A stretch of DNA of 64,000 bases from a virus. The position numbers and the translations under genes were made by a program. Of this stretch, positions 49,601 to 61,011 are shown in pieces. Location of the stretch: positions 1 to 64,000 of IMG/VR virus record IMGVR_UViG_3300050343_000285; one strand, 5' to 3'. Below the pieces are notes generated by a model, which was not told the origin of the DNA, searched no databases, and saw nothing but the letters and a program-made list of their open reading frames with translations. The first letter of the stretch is position 1; each line of letters begins with the position of its first letter.

Positions 49601-52600
49601 CGCATGTTGGAAGCTGATCCAGCTACACAAACCAGCGCCTTGGGCGCAGGTCAGATAGCTAAGTTGACTTCGAAGATTAATAGATATCAAAGAGCTTTAG
49701 GTCTCTTAGCAGATAGTACTGATAAAGCTTCTAACGCATTGAAAAAAATTGATGAGCAGCAAAGAATCTCTGCTGGTCGTAGAACTGGAGTAATGGATTT
49801 TCTGTCTAATATCAATAACCCAGAAGCTTTGCTTGGTATGAGAAGAGATCAGGTTTCCTATTCTAATGTAATGTCTGGAACAGGAACTATTAATGATATT
49901 GCTCAGGGTATTTCTCAATTAAGACTTGTTGAAAATACACAAACCCCAGAGGACTTCGCTAGAACTCAAGAAGCATTTTTTAATAATGCTATGGGCATAC
50001 TTGAATCTTCTGGTGGAAATCCTGAAGTCTTTAGGCAGTTCAAAGAAATGTTTGCTGCTGATTTTGGTCCACAAGGACAGAACCCAGCTATATCTCCTTT
50101 TGTAGATGCATTTAGGCAAGCTTCAGAGAAGCAAATAGAGGCAGCTAAGGTGCAATCTGGATTAATAACTAGCGGTGCTGAAATTGCCGGAGATGCTTTA
50201 CGCAAAGGGGCTGAGGACTTTACATCAAAGATGAAAGTAGCTACAGATGCTATAGTAGCTGAACTTAATGGGGTAGCTGATAGACTTGGTTTAGGACAGC
50301 CTAGTGGCAGTCAAACGTTTGCTAATGGAGGTGTAGTATATGCTTCTGCTGGTCAGATGATTAATTTCCAACCAAAAGGTACAGACACAGTACCAGCAAT
50401 GCTTACTCCTGGCGAATTTGTTGTTAATAGAGCATCAACTTCTAAAAACCTACCTTTACTTAAGTCTATAAATAGTGGAGGTTACAGTAGAGGAGGAAGT
50501 GTATCTTATTATGATCAAGGAGGCTATGTATCAACTAGTGGTAATAAATTTCAAGGGGCTCAAAATAAACTTGATAAAAATTTAGAAACAGATTTTCAAG
50601 AACTTATTAGTGGCATATTAAAGGAATCTAAACAAGAATTACCAATGCAGGATGCTGGTTCTTATCAGATTCAAAAGAATATGTTTAAACGTAATAGGAA
50701 ATTGACCAACAAAATGACTGGTATACAGTCTGGTATGGACTTTTTTAATAATTTAGATAGTGGTGATTCTAGAAAGATAAAAAAACTAGACGTATTCAAA
50801 ACTCCTTCACAAACAATTACTAATAAAGATTTATACAGAACACTTGCTGGAGATAACAGGCTGGTTTCTTCAATAAATCCATATTTAACATCAGGTAAAG
50901 AAAATTCTTGGTGGAGTTTCTTTGAAGGACAGGGAAAAAACAACGAAAAATATAAAGGTAATTTAGCAGACTCTAAAGCTACCATAGAAACTCTTGGACC
51001 TAAACTTGATCAGTATTCCGGTATTATGGGAGATAGAATATCTGAACTTCCTGAACTTAAGAAAGTAGCAGCTAAAGATAGATCGATTGCATCAAGAAGA
51101 AAAATTCCTGAACTTGAATCGTTAAAACAAAGAAAAGGACTTATTGATGGTCTTATTGATTTTAGGGCTTTTGGTCAAGGACTTGTAGATACTGATAGCA
51201 TACGACATCTTTTCGGTTTTGGCGACACTGCGCTTGGTGGATCCGGTGGAAGTAGCACTGGTAAATATAGTAATGATCTGACATCTTTAATAAAAACTGG
51301 TTTATTGCCTGAAGATATCTTAGACGAAGGCGCTAAAGAAGGTGTGAGAAAAGGTCTAAGAAATGCTGCCATAGGATTAGGTGCTGGGGCTGCGGTAGCA
51401 GCGGCTCCTTTTACTGGTGGTGCTAGCTTAGCTTCTCTTGGATTAATGTTGGGTGGCACTATGGGTGTTAGCATGGGTGCTATTAATATTGCAGATATGA
51501 TAGAAGAACAACAATTTCAAAAACTAAAAAATAGTGATCCTTTAACCTATGAAAAGATTAGAGCTTTAAAAGATAATGAAAACTTTAAATCTACAGCGAG
51601 CACGTACGAAGGTTTAATAGATATTGCGGATTTGGGTGTGTCTGCTGGTCCCGGTGTTGCTAAATTTTTGCGCAATAGAGGTAGCAGATTAATGAAGAGT
51701 GTCGTTAAACCTGGTGCTATAGGTATGGCGGATGATGCTGTTAGTCCTGGTAGTAAACAATTGCTAAAAGATATTACATCAGATAGTCCTTCTACTAAAA
51801 ATAGTCCTTCTACTAAAAAACCTCCTAAACTTAAAGGTGGCACAAATCCCGATACAATAATGCGAATGACAGATGATGTTCGCTCAATGCTTACTAAGAT
51901 TGAAGGTCAGAGAGGTAGTGAATTAGCTGCAAGTTTTTCTAAAGCTGGTTCAGATAATCTTCTCCAGAATGTTCGAAATTCTCTGGATATATTAGGAGTA
52001 AATCCTGAAGACTTTTATAAAGTTTTACCTAGAGAGATTTCAGTTTCTGATAACTTACCGGGTGCTCTAGGTTTCTTCCGATCTAATCAAGGAGCTTTTG
52101 GAGATATGGGAGATATAGGAATTAGAAGATCCGCTTATGCAAAAACTTTGTATCATGAAATGACTCATTCTATGATGGATCAGATAAAAAAGAAGAGACC
52201 GGAAGCTTGGACAAGATATCAAGACAAGGTGAAGAGTGTGTTTTCAGGAAAAGATCCTCATAAGCTTGGTGATGCTATTACCTCTTTGAGTAAAAATTAT
52301 CAACCTGCAGATATGATGTATGGAAGATATTATAAATTACTAAGATTGCAAAAATTTGGTCAAAAAACATGGCAAAGGAACGTACCAAAAAATTACTAAG
52401 AAATATCCATCGCTAAGGACATTCTTAGATAATCCAGGTAATTATAAGCAGCCTTATGATGGTGCTACAGATGCCATAATGAATGGAGCATTAACAGATT
52501 TAGGGGCTAGCCCAGCACAATTAACCTGGGATGCTAGTTCTGGCATGGAAGAATTTTTAACAAAATTGGTTGATAGCGCTAATGATATGAGTAACAAGCA

Positions 52601-55600
52601 AAGAAAAGGCTTAGGAGGTATATTAGATAACCTGTTGATGGGTCCACCTCCACCACCAATATCTAGGAACAATAGCGCATTAAAAAGTTTAGATACTCCT
52701 AATAAATTAACAGTTATGAAACAGTCATGGAGTAGATTTACCAAGCCTATCAGAAGATTTATGGGTGATGACCCCGATATCTTTTATGGATCAGATTCAC
52801 TTCCTGTTATGGTAGAAAATTCATTCCCCTCGACTGTAGCAGGAGGGGTATTGGCAGGGGCGATAGCGGCTGCTGAAGACCTTTATTCAAATCCGACAGC
52901 TGGTAGTGGTTCTGCTAGTGGTAGTTCTTCTAGTGGTAGTTCTGCTAGTGGTAGTTCTTCTAGTGGTGGTTCTGCTAGTGGTGGTTCTTCTGGTGCAAGC
53001 ACTTCTGTTCCACCTACTAGTAGTAGTGCTGGAGGTAGCGCTGGAAGTAGTGGCGCACAAGAAGCTATAGAACAACACTTGGAAGAGACTAGAAGAGTTT
53101 TTGCAACGACTAACGCTTCTCTTTTAGATGCTACTGGAGGAGAAGGTATAGGTGAGGATAATAGTAGATATAGTTTTGGACAAGCTGTTCAAGGTCGTAA
53201 TAAAGGTCTTGTAGATCCTCTTGATGCTGTCAATTATTATGCTAGAAGAATTCGTATTCCTGAATTTGAGCTTGGTGGTACTAGTCAAAAGGGTGGTGTT
53301 GCTGCTGGTGAGCTATTAACTGAAGATCAAAGACAAGTATATGAGAGTCAATATTATGATGTTTTAAATAAAATTAAATCATTGTATAAATCTAGCGGTA
53401 TGTCTCCTGATCCAGCAAAATTATCAGATTTTACCAATGAAAGAGATTTACTTAAAGAAGTTTTAGATAGTGATTATAGGGCTCAATTTAATCTTGGCCA
53501 ACCTACTAAAGCGCCTAAATTCAATTTAACATCTCCTACACAACCTAATAGTAGTCCTCCTAGCAATGCTGAAAAAATGATGCTAGAGGATGATGTACCA
53601 AAAGATAATAAAAGATTATTAGAGTTGATGTCACATATAAAAACTGGAACAACTACCAAAACTAATGAAGAGATTTTAAAACCTTTTGGCTCAAGATTTA
53701 CCAGTGTTGGTCAATCTTTAAACGAAGCGTTAAAACCAGGCTCAAAGATAGATTATCAAAAACAAGTTTTATCAGATTTTAATAAACTTAAAGCAGATTA
53801 TTTAAAAGCTTATGCTGCTCCACAAGATGTTACAGCTACCAATATTGGTTTTTCAAGTAGCACAAGTGGGCCTTCATCAACTCAAAAAGCTATAGCAGAG
53901 CTTAATCTTTTAAAAAAGGATAAATCAGCAAAGACTCAGGATCCGCAATTTATGTCTTCTCCAGGTGGTTTACCAATTACACCAGCAGAGTTAAATAAGG
54001 TGAACGATGATGTAAATAGTTTAGTAGCAAAATATCAAGGTCAATATGGACAACAGAGCCCAGCAGACTTAAAAGATATTCTGCAAAAAGCTACTGAAAG
54101 AAGAGATCTTCTTAGAATTCAACACGGAAACTGGGATAAGTATTATAAAGAAAAAAGCGGATATGATAAGAAAAGATTAGAGTTTGAGTTTTTAGAAAAA
54201 AGATGGAATTTCAGAGATGAGCTTAAGGCAGATCCTGAAGGTAGAATGTCCGGAGGTGGACAATTTGGTATGGGTTCTTTAGAATATGCATTATTTAACC
54301 ACCCAAGCCCTATCGGTAAAGTAAATCCTTTTGAGGTATTCAAAAAAGATCCTGAAAGTACACTTTATGGTAGACCTGCTACAGATCTTGATTCTGTCAT
54401 GGGCTCAGTCAATAAAACTACTAATAAGATTATTGAAAATCTAATTAAAAATTATGGACAAGCTTTAGGTATTAATCCAGGTTTACCTATACCGAAAAAA
54501 TCCAGTGATATGGATACTTGGCTTAGTAATATTAATCCCGACGCTGTATCATTAATGGATAGTAGTGTGCCAAATCCAGGATGGATGTTGGATGTTTTAA
54601 AAAATCAGTACACCCCAGGTAGGGTTTCAAACGGTGAGACGCTTGCAAGTAAATTTGGATTATGGAGTGTTACTGGTGCTAAAAATGGTTGGAATAGTAA
54701 CTTTGGTAAAGATTATGAAGCAGAATTCCAAAAAAGAGTTAGAGAAAAATTGACAGATTGTATACGAACTTAAAGGTAAAAGAGCAGACACGCTTGATGG
54801 AGGTAAAGTATCTACTCAGGAAAGTATCATAGACTCTTTAGCTACATATAGTGGTTTAATGAATCCTGCGGTTTATAGAGCTGGTAATCCTGCGTTTGGT
54901 CCTTTGATTATACCTAAAAATAATGCTAATATACCAGACGATAAAAAGGTTGCAAGATATAGAAAAGATATTGGAAGAGCATACCAAGCCTACACTAAAT
55001 CTAATTTTGATATGACATTTGGCGGCCGTACTAGTGTAGATGGATATCAAGCAATTGCTGATAGATTAGGTATTCCTTTAGGTGGAGAAGCTCTTAGAGA
55101 AACAGTTTTAACAGATAGAAATGCTTTAAAAAGAATTAAAGAAGGTAGAACTTTTGCTGTAGGCAGAGCAGGTAAAGGTACGGAAGGAGCTAAACAAAGT
55201 ACTGGTATCGCCAATCTTTTTGCTGCTGGTCGTAGTGCCGAGGTACCAGAGGGTGATCGTGGCAGATTCACAGATTTAGACGGTAATGAAGAAAAAAGTA
55301 AAACCATATTAGGATTACTAGCTAGTGGATTGAATTTTAGTAATAGATTAGGTATTACTAATAGACAATCTAGACTAGATTATGTTAAAGATTTTAAATT
55401 TGCTGATCTTTTACAAGATCCTATATACGCTAAATATGAAAAAGATCATTTAGATCCTAGTATCTCAGCCCTCAAACCTGTGTATAAAGTTTGGGATTCA
55501 TTAAAAAATTATTTTGTTAAAGATGGTCTAACTACCGCTAGAATTATTGATGAAAATGCTTCTGGAGTTGTTAGTCGAACTCAAAAAAGTAAAAATGATA

Positions 55601-56484
55601 GATTTCTTATTGGTGGCAAACCGATAGGGGCAGAGAATTTCTTAGATAATTATGCAAATGCTTTGAAAGATGGTAAAGATCCTTATAGTTTAATTCTTGA
55701 GGGTGCTAGTATTCTCAAAGATGCTACAAAGGACGGAGGCGCATTTAGCTCAATAGTAGGTAAACCAACTCCTTTTAATAATAAAGAATTTATCTTAGCT
55801 AAAAAAGAAATACAAATGCAAGATCCGCTTAATAGAGCAAAAGGCGGTTCAATACCAAATTATTTCAGTGGTGGTGGCTCTACACTTGTAAACTATCAAG
55901 CCAAAGGGACGGATACTGTGCCCGCGATGCTTACTCCGGGAGAGTTTGTAATTAATAGGGCCGCTACCCAAAAACATCTTCCATTATTAAAATCTATAAA
56001 TAATGGATCAATGCCTTCTAGCATAAGCGGTACTACATACGCCAGATCCGGCGGTGTTATACAAGCTAGGAACTATTTTGATGGAGGTCTTGGTAAGATG
56101 GGAAATCTTGCTTCAGGAGGTCTTGGCTTAGATTTATCGAGTGCTGAAGGTGTATTTAATACATTTATTAGAAACTTTAGTAGTGAAACTAGTGCTTTTG
56201 GTGGGCTTATTAATAACTTAGCTAGAGTCTTCCCTGCTCTTAGCGGACCTGTTAATAATTTTGGCAATCATGTTGATAAACTAGTTAATGCCCTTAATGG
56301 TCTTAAAAATATAGAAATAAAAGGACCAAATATTCCAGATACAATTAATGTTAATAGTGAGACTATTAGGGTCGAATTAATAGCACCACAAGATAGTAAC
56401 TATAAATTAAGTGATGATGATAGAAGACAGATTACTCAGTCTTTAGAAACTAGACTAAAAGAATTGACTACATTAGGTAGATAA
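43601..56484 (+). CDS. giant tail tape measure protein (~4,290 aa; frameshifts near 52,350 and 54,765)
   Basis: TP901-like core (FVQFDRQLIRLSQVTG...VNAVAASFAVEAGD); six (G)xDTVPAMLTPGE-type motifs, including one in the last fragment; coding frame continues across the breaks. Confidence 0.85.
52902..52994 (+). repeat. 15-nt tandem repeat encoding (S/G)GS(A/S)S
   Basis: ggtagttcttctagt/ggtagttctgctagt units x6. Confidence 0.85.
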
Positions 56485-56511
56485 GTATTATATATTAAGG
56501 AATAATATTTT

Positions 56512-58119
56512 ATGAAAATTAGAGACGAAAAAACAACAGTTCAAAATGTATCCATACAAAATGTAGGTGCTGGTGGAGCTAGTGTTTCTGTTAATGGAAC
56601 GTCTTTAGACCCAGCTCCTTTTGTTAGTCTCTCTACAGATCAGTATCGTGTTGGGGAATTAATAGTTGGTGGAGTATTAAGCGTATCTCTTAATGGTACG
56701 ATTTATACAGCTAGTGCTAGCAGTGGTGGTTTTTCAAATATAGCTGGTAAAGCAAACAATATATTAAACTCTGTAGGTAGCAGTGGGGATTGTGTAAATA
56801 TTAATATTAATTGTAATGGAACAGTTTTAGTTAATGGTTTTGGTACTATTAGATCTGTTAGTGTAGAAGAGGGTCCAGATCCTACATGGACAAAGTTAGC
56901 TACATATAATATAGAAATAGAAATGTATCATAATAATGGCCAACTAGCTGTTAAACCTAATACGGCTGCTGGTAGTTATGTTACTACTAATGAGATTATT
57001 AAAGATGTCAGCGAAAGCGTTACCCTTAATGTAGATAATGATGGTTTTGCTGTAGATGACGCTAATGGTACTAAAGCAGGTAGGGCACATGCTAAATATA
57101 GTTTTAGTATTAGTGCTACAGGAGGTAGCGTAGGTTGTAAAGGTCAACTTTCCCAAAAGACTGGTATTGAGGCTGCTGAAGAGGTTGTGAAAAGACGTAT
57201 AAGTAGTATTTCAAGTGGTAGTATCGGTACAGGCTTAGGTTCTCCTTCAGAATTAACTAGCCAATTAAACACCTATCATAGTGGTAGTAAAAAATTACAT
57301 GTACGTAATGTTGATGCCGATCCTATTAATGGAAGTATGACGGTTTCTGGTGATATTATTTTAAGACCTAGCGGTTGCACACATCCTGAAGCTTTTATCG
57401 ATATTACTGTTGATTCTAGGGCAGATAGTTCACAGGTGGGTAGAACTGTAACGGTGAGTGGAACTGTAGAAGGTCTATATAGTCATGATTTTAATTCCAT
57501 TATAACTAATGGTACTTTTCATTCACACGGTGCGGATCGTCTTGGCTCGGCAGAAGGAGTGTATAATAGCATAAAAGGCTCTTTCGAAAGTATGGCTCAA
57601 ACTTATTTAGAAGGAATTCTTAACGACACCAGCGATTGTACTAATGGAGGCTTGTTAGGTATCTGCGAAACTATCGTTACTCCTGCTGAATGTAATTTGA
57701 GAGAAGTAAATAAAAGTGTTACTAGGAATTTTGGTCAAGGTACTGTATCTTTTACTCATGAATATTCAACAGCTAGAAATTGTAGTATTCCTGGTGCTGC
57801 TAAAACAGACATAGAGATTAGTCATACTTATCCTACAGATGTTTTCGCAGAATTTACTATACCTTTTCGTGGTGGTGGACCACTACTGCAAAGTTTAGGC
57901 ACAACGACAAAAGAAACGATATCTGTTAATGTTAATGTTACTGTAGACGATACAGGTTGCGAGGAGAGATATTTAACTTCTTGCGCTACTTCAAAAGCTG
58001 ATGAAGCTGGGAATACAGAGGGTGCTGGTGGCTGGTATTTAACCCAAAACTCTATTACTAAAACAAACACAGGTTCTTTTAGAGTAACAAAGGAATGGAC
58101 GAAACCAAGTAATTGTTAA
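56512..58119 (+). CDS. tail tip / distal tail-like protein
   Basis: Beta-rich 535 aa after the tape measure gene. Confidence 0.6.
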   Translation: MKIRDEKTTVQNVSIQNVGAGGASVSVNGTSLDPAPFVSLSTDQYRVGELIVGGVLSVSLNGTIYTASASSGGFSNIAGKANNILNSVGSSGDCVNININCNGTVLVNGFGTIRSVSVEEGPDPTWTKLATYNIEIEMYHNNGQLAVKPNTAAGSYVTTNEIIKDVSESVTLNVDNDGFAVDDANGTKAGRAHAKYSFSISATGGSVGCKGQLSQKTGIEAAEEVVKRRISSISSGSIGTGLGSPSELTSQLNTYHSGSKKLHVRNVDADPINGSMTVSGDIILRPSGCTHPEAFIDITVDSRADSSQVGRTVTVSGTVEGLYSHDFNSIITNGTFHSHGADRLGSAEGVYNSIKGSFESMAQTYLEGILNDTSDCTNGGLLGICETIVTPAECNLREVNKSVTRNFGQGTVSFTHEYSTARNCSIPGAAKTDIEISHTYPTDVFAEFTIPFRGGGPLLQSLGTTTKETISVNVNVTVDDTGCEERYLTSCATSKADEAGNTEGAGGWYLTQNSITKTNTGSFRVTKEWTKPSNC

Positions 58120-58135
58120 AGGACATGCAAACGGA

Positions 58136-60076
58136 ATGAAATCTTATAATATAGACATACAATCTCCTGAATGCTTATCTAATTCTAATGGTCGTATTAC
58201 CATAAGGGATTTGACAGAGAATCAATCCCTATCTTTTACATGGAAGAACTTGCCTATTGACTCTAAAATAGAAAACAAAGGATCTATAGTTTCAAATTTA
58301 GAATGTGGTACTTATGATATAGATATATATGATTTAGAAAGCAAAAAAAATATTAATGAAAAGATAACTATAGAATGCAAGGATGTTCTGTCTTTAGATT
58401 TACTGCAAATAGAAGGGTTGCATTGTTATGAAGATGTTGGTCAAATGAATATTGCATGGTCTGGAGGCCAAGCTCCATATACACTATCTATAGGCTCGGA
58501 CAACCATACTACTTATAATAATGTATTTTCTTATAATATATTAGCTAATCATACCTATTCTCTAACTATCAAAGATGCTAATGGGTGTTTAATTAATAGA
58601 AATAATATTACTAAAAATATTGATTTGCTAAACATTGATGTATATTGGGAACCTATTAGCCATTATGGAGGCTCTTCTGCTCATGTCAAATGCGAAATAT
58701 CTGGGGGTAAACCTCCATATCAAATAGCATGGTTTATAGATGGTCAAGATAAGCCTATTATTGTCAATAAGTCAAAAATTACCGATACATTAGATTCTAA
58801 TCATTATCTTATTACTGTTGAAGATAGTAATAAATGCAAAACAACAAAAGAGTTTTTTATATCAGAACCTTCTAATATAATGGTTAATTTAAAAACAAGT
58901 GCTGACTATCATAGTAATTCTTATTTTCCAGAAGAGGATGCTCAAAAGATCTATAATCTTCTGCTCTTTCCTGTAAAAAAAGATAAAATCAAAGATTTTC
59001 ATAAAAAACTTAAAAGTAATAAGCTAGTATTAAATCATAAAAATCAAAAAATAACACAGAATATTGTTTTAGATTTTGATATAGTAACTATAAATAATAT
59101 AGAATATATGTATTTTTATATTAGTCCTGGATTATTAGCTATTCAACAGGCCACATCTAAACTTTCTATAGGTGATGAAGAAATTACCTTACATCACAAT
59201 CCTGAACTTAATAATCAGAATAAACTATTAATGGGTTCTATTATTTTAGATCAGAATTATGAGTATCTATTTCATGAAAACGATGTGGTTAACTTATCTA
59301 GTAATAATAATGATAAAATTTTAAAAACAAAAATTAAATATGCATATACTATGAGTGGTTTATATCTATCTCCTAATATATCAACTATTATTAATTTTTT
59401 ACCTAATAATTCAGATCAAGTTTTGAATTTACTGAATCAAAAAAATGATTTAAAAATACAATGCTTAACTACTAAATCTAATAACAAATTAGGCGAAATA
59501 TCTTTATATGTGAATGGTGGACATACCGATTCTTTACAAGTGGAATTAGTAGATAGCCATCATAATGCGTCATACCATCATATAAAAAATCATTATGTAA
59601 ATATAAGCAATTTATCTTATGGTGATTACAAAATTAAAGTTTTTGATAAATTTAATACTGCAACAGAATATAATAGGACAATAATAGACGACCTACATTA
59701 CCCTGTTAAAATTATGCAGTCTTTTCAAGAAGAACAGGCTCATGCTCAGCTAGAAATATCGAATAAATATAATATTTCTCATACCCTTTTAAATAAATAT
59801 GACTCAACTCCTAGTAAATTATTATTTACATCTCCAGAATTCGAAAATGGGGTATTAATAAATATATCTCCATCTGAAGCTTATTTTGAGATTGTTGATG
59901 CGGACGGAAATAAGGTAGATGGTTGTGGTTATAGCGTTGTGGATTTAGATTATGGAAAATATACTATAACAGCTTTTCATGATGGTTATAAGACACAGAC
60001 TAAAGATTTTTTTGTTAATAGTTCTAAGGATTTAGTAACAGTTTTATTAGAGAAGGAAGATTATGGCTTCAGCTAA
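58136..60076 (+). CDS. tail-associated protein with SprB-like Ig repeats and C-terminal PEGA-like domain
   Basis: SGGQAPYT...TIKDANGC; SGGKPPYQ...VEDSNKC; INISPSEA...GKYTITAFHDGY. Confidence 0.65.
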   Translation: MKSYNIDIQSPECLSNSNGRITIRDLTENQSLSFTWKNLPIDSKIENKGSIVSNLECGTYDIDIYDLESKKNINEKITIECKDVLSLDLLQIEGLHCYEDVGQMNIAWSGGQAPYTLSIGSDNHTTYNNVFSYNILANHTYSLTIKDANGCLINRNNITKNIDLLNIDVYWEPISHYGGSSAHVKCEISGGKPPYQIAWFIDGQDKPIIVNKSKITDTLDSNHYLITVEDSNKCKTTKEFFISEPSNIMVNLKTSADYHSNSYFPEEDAQKIYNLLLFPVKKDKIKDFHKKLKSNKLVLNHKNQKITQNIVLDFDIVTINNIEYMYFYISPGLLAIQQATSKLSIGDEEITLHHNPELNNQNKLLMGSIILDQNYEYLFHENDVVNLSSNNNDKILKTKIKYAYTMSGLYLSPNISTIINFLPNNSDQVLNLLNQKNDLKIQCLTTKSNNKLGEISLYVNGGHTDSLQVELVDSHHNASYHHIKNHYVNISNLSYGDYKIKVFDKFNTATEYNRTIIDDLHYPVKIMQSFQEEQAHAQLEISNKYNISHTLLNKYDSTPSKLLFTSPEFENGVLINISPSEAYFEIVDADGNKVDGCGYSVVDLDYGKYTITAFHDGYKTQTKDFFVNSSKDLVTVLLEKEDYGFS

Positions 60077-60998
60077 AGCTTTTAATTGTGAAATTGCTAG
60101 TTTAACATGTAATTTAGGATTCGGTTCTAGCGAATCGAGTGTATCATTAAAATTAATAGAGCAACAAGAATGCGGAACATATAACGGCTCTTTGGGTTGT
60201 GTATATACTATTAATGTGGGAGGTTTTAATTTTAGTGGTGTTTTAGCAGACCATACTTACCAACAATCTTCCTCAGGATTAGTATGGGATGTTAGATTAA
60301 CCGATGGTAGACAAAGCCTTAATAATGTCTCTGTTATTATGAACGACTATTATTGTAGTCTCGATACACCCAATCTAATTAATGTTTTAGCTCTGTTGGA
60401 ACCATCTGTTTGTAATTTTGATTGCGGAGATTTTATGGCTTCGTTTAAAGATGAATCAGGTATACCCATGTTATATGTATTAAGAGCACTGCATCAACAG
60501 TCTGTCTTGCTGCCAGTTTGTGGAGCAACGTTAAGTCTTGATCTTTCTCAGGTCATAGCTATTTGCCCATTTTACTTACGAATTAACGATACAAGCTCTA
60601 ATGTTTTAAATATTATAGATCAAGCCTGCAAAGAAGCTGGTTTTGATTTTTTTGTACAGATTGTTGGCGGAAATTTTGAGGTAGTTCCTATAAATAAAAA
60701 AGTTGCGCCACCTAGTGGTGCGTTAAGAACATTATTAAATACTATAGCTGCTAGTTCCTGTGGTGGTCAAGGGACTATAGACCATAGATATGGAGAAGAA
60801 ACATCGTATGAACCTAGTAAGAAATTTGTTTTAGGAAATAAGGTACATTATTTAACACAAGTAGACAAAGATGGGGTTTGTACTGGTAATCCTGGTACAG
60901 ATATTAGACCTCCTGTACCTGACGACGGAGTAGTAACCAGTGCTGGGTTTATTCAAAATAATAACGATATTATAACACCTCAACCCAAAATTATATAA
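60063..60998 (+). CDS. tail tip protein
   Basis: Beta-rich N-terminus; synteny. Confidence 0.55.
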   Translation: MASAKAFNCEIASLTCNLGFGSSESSVSLKLIEQQECGTYNGSLGCVYTINVGGFNFSGVLADHTYQQSSSGLVWDVRLTDGRQSLNNVSVIMNDYYCSLDTPNLINVLALLEPSVCNFDCGDFMASFKDESGIPMLYVLRALHQQSVLLPVCGATLSLDLSQVIAICPFYLRINDTSSNVLNIIDQACKEAGFDFFVQIVGGNFEVVPINKKVAPPSGALRTLLNTIAASSCGGQGTIDHRYGEETSYEPSKKFVLGNKVHYLTQVDKDGVCTGNPGTDIRPPVPDDGVVTSAGFIQNNNDIITPQPKII

Positions 60999-61011
60999 GC
61001 GAAGGATTATT

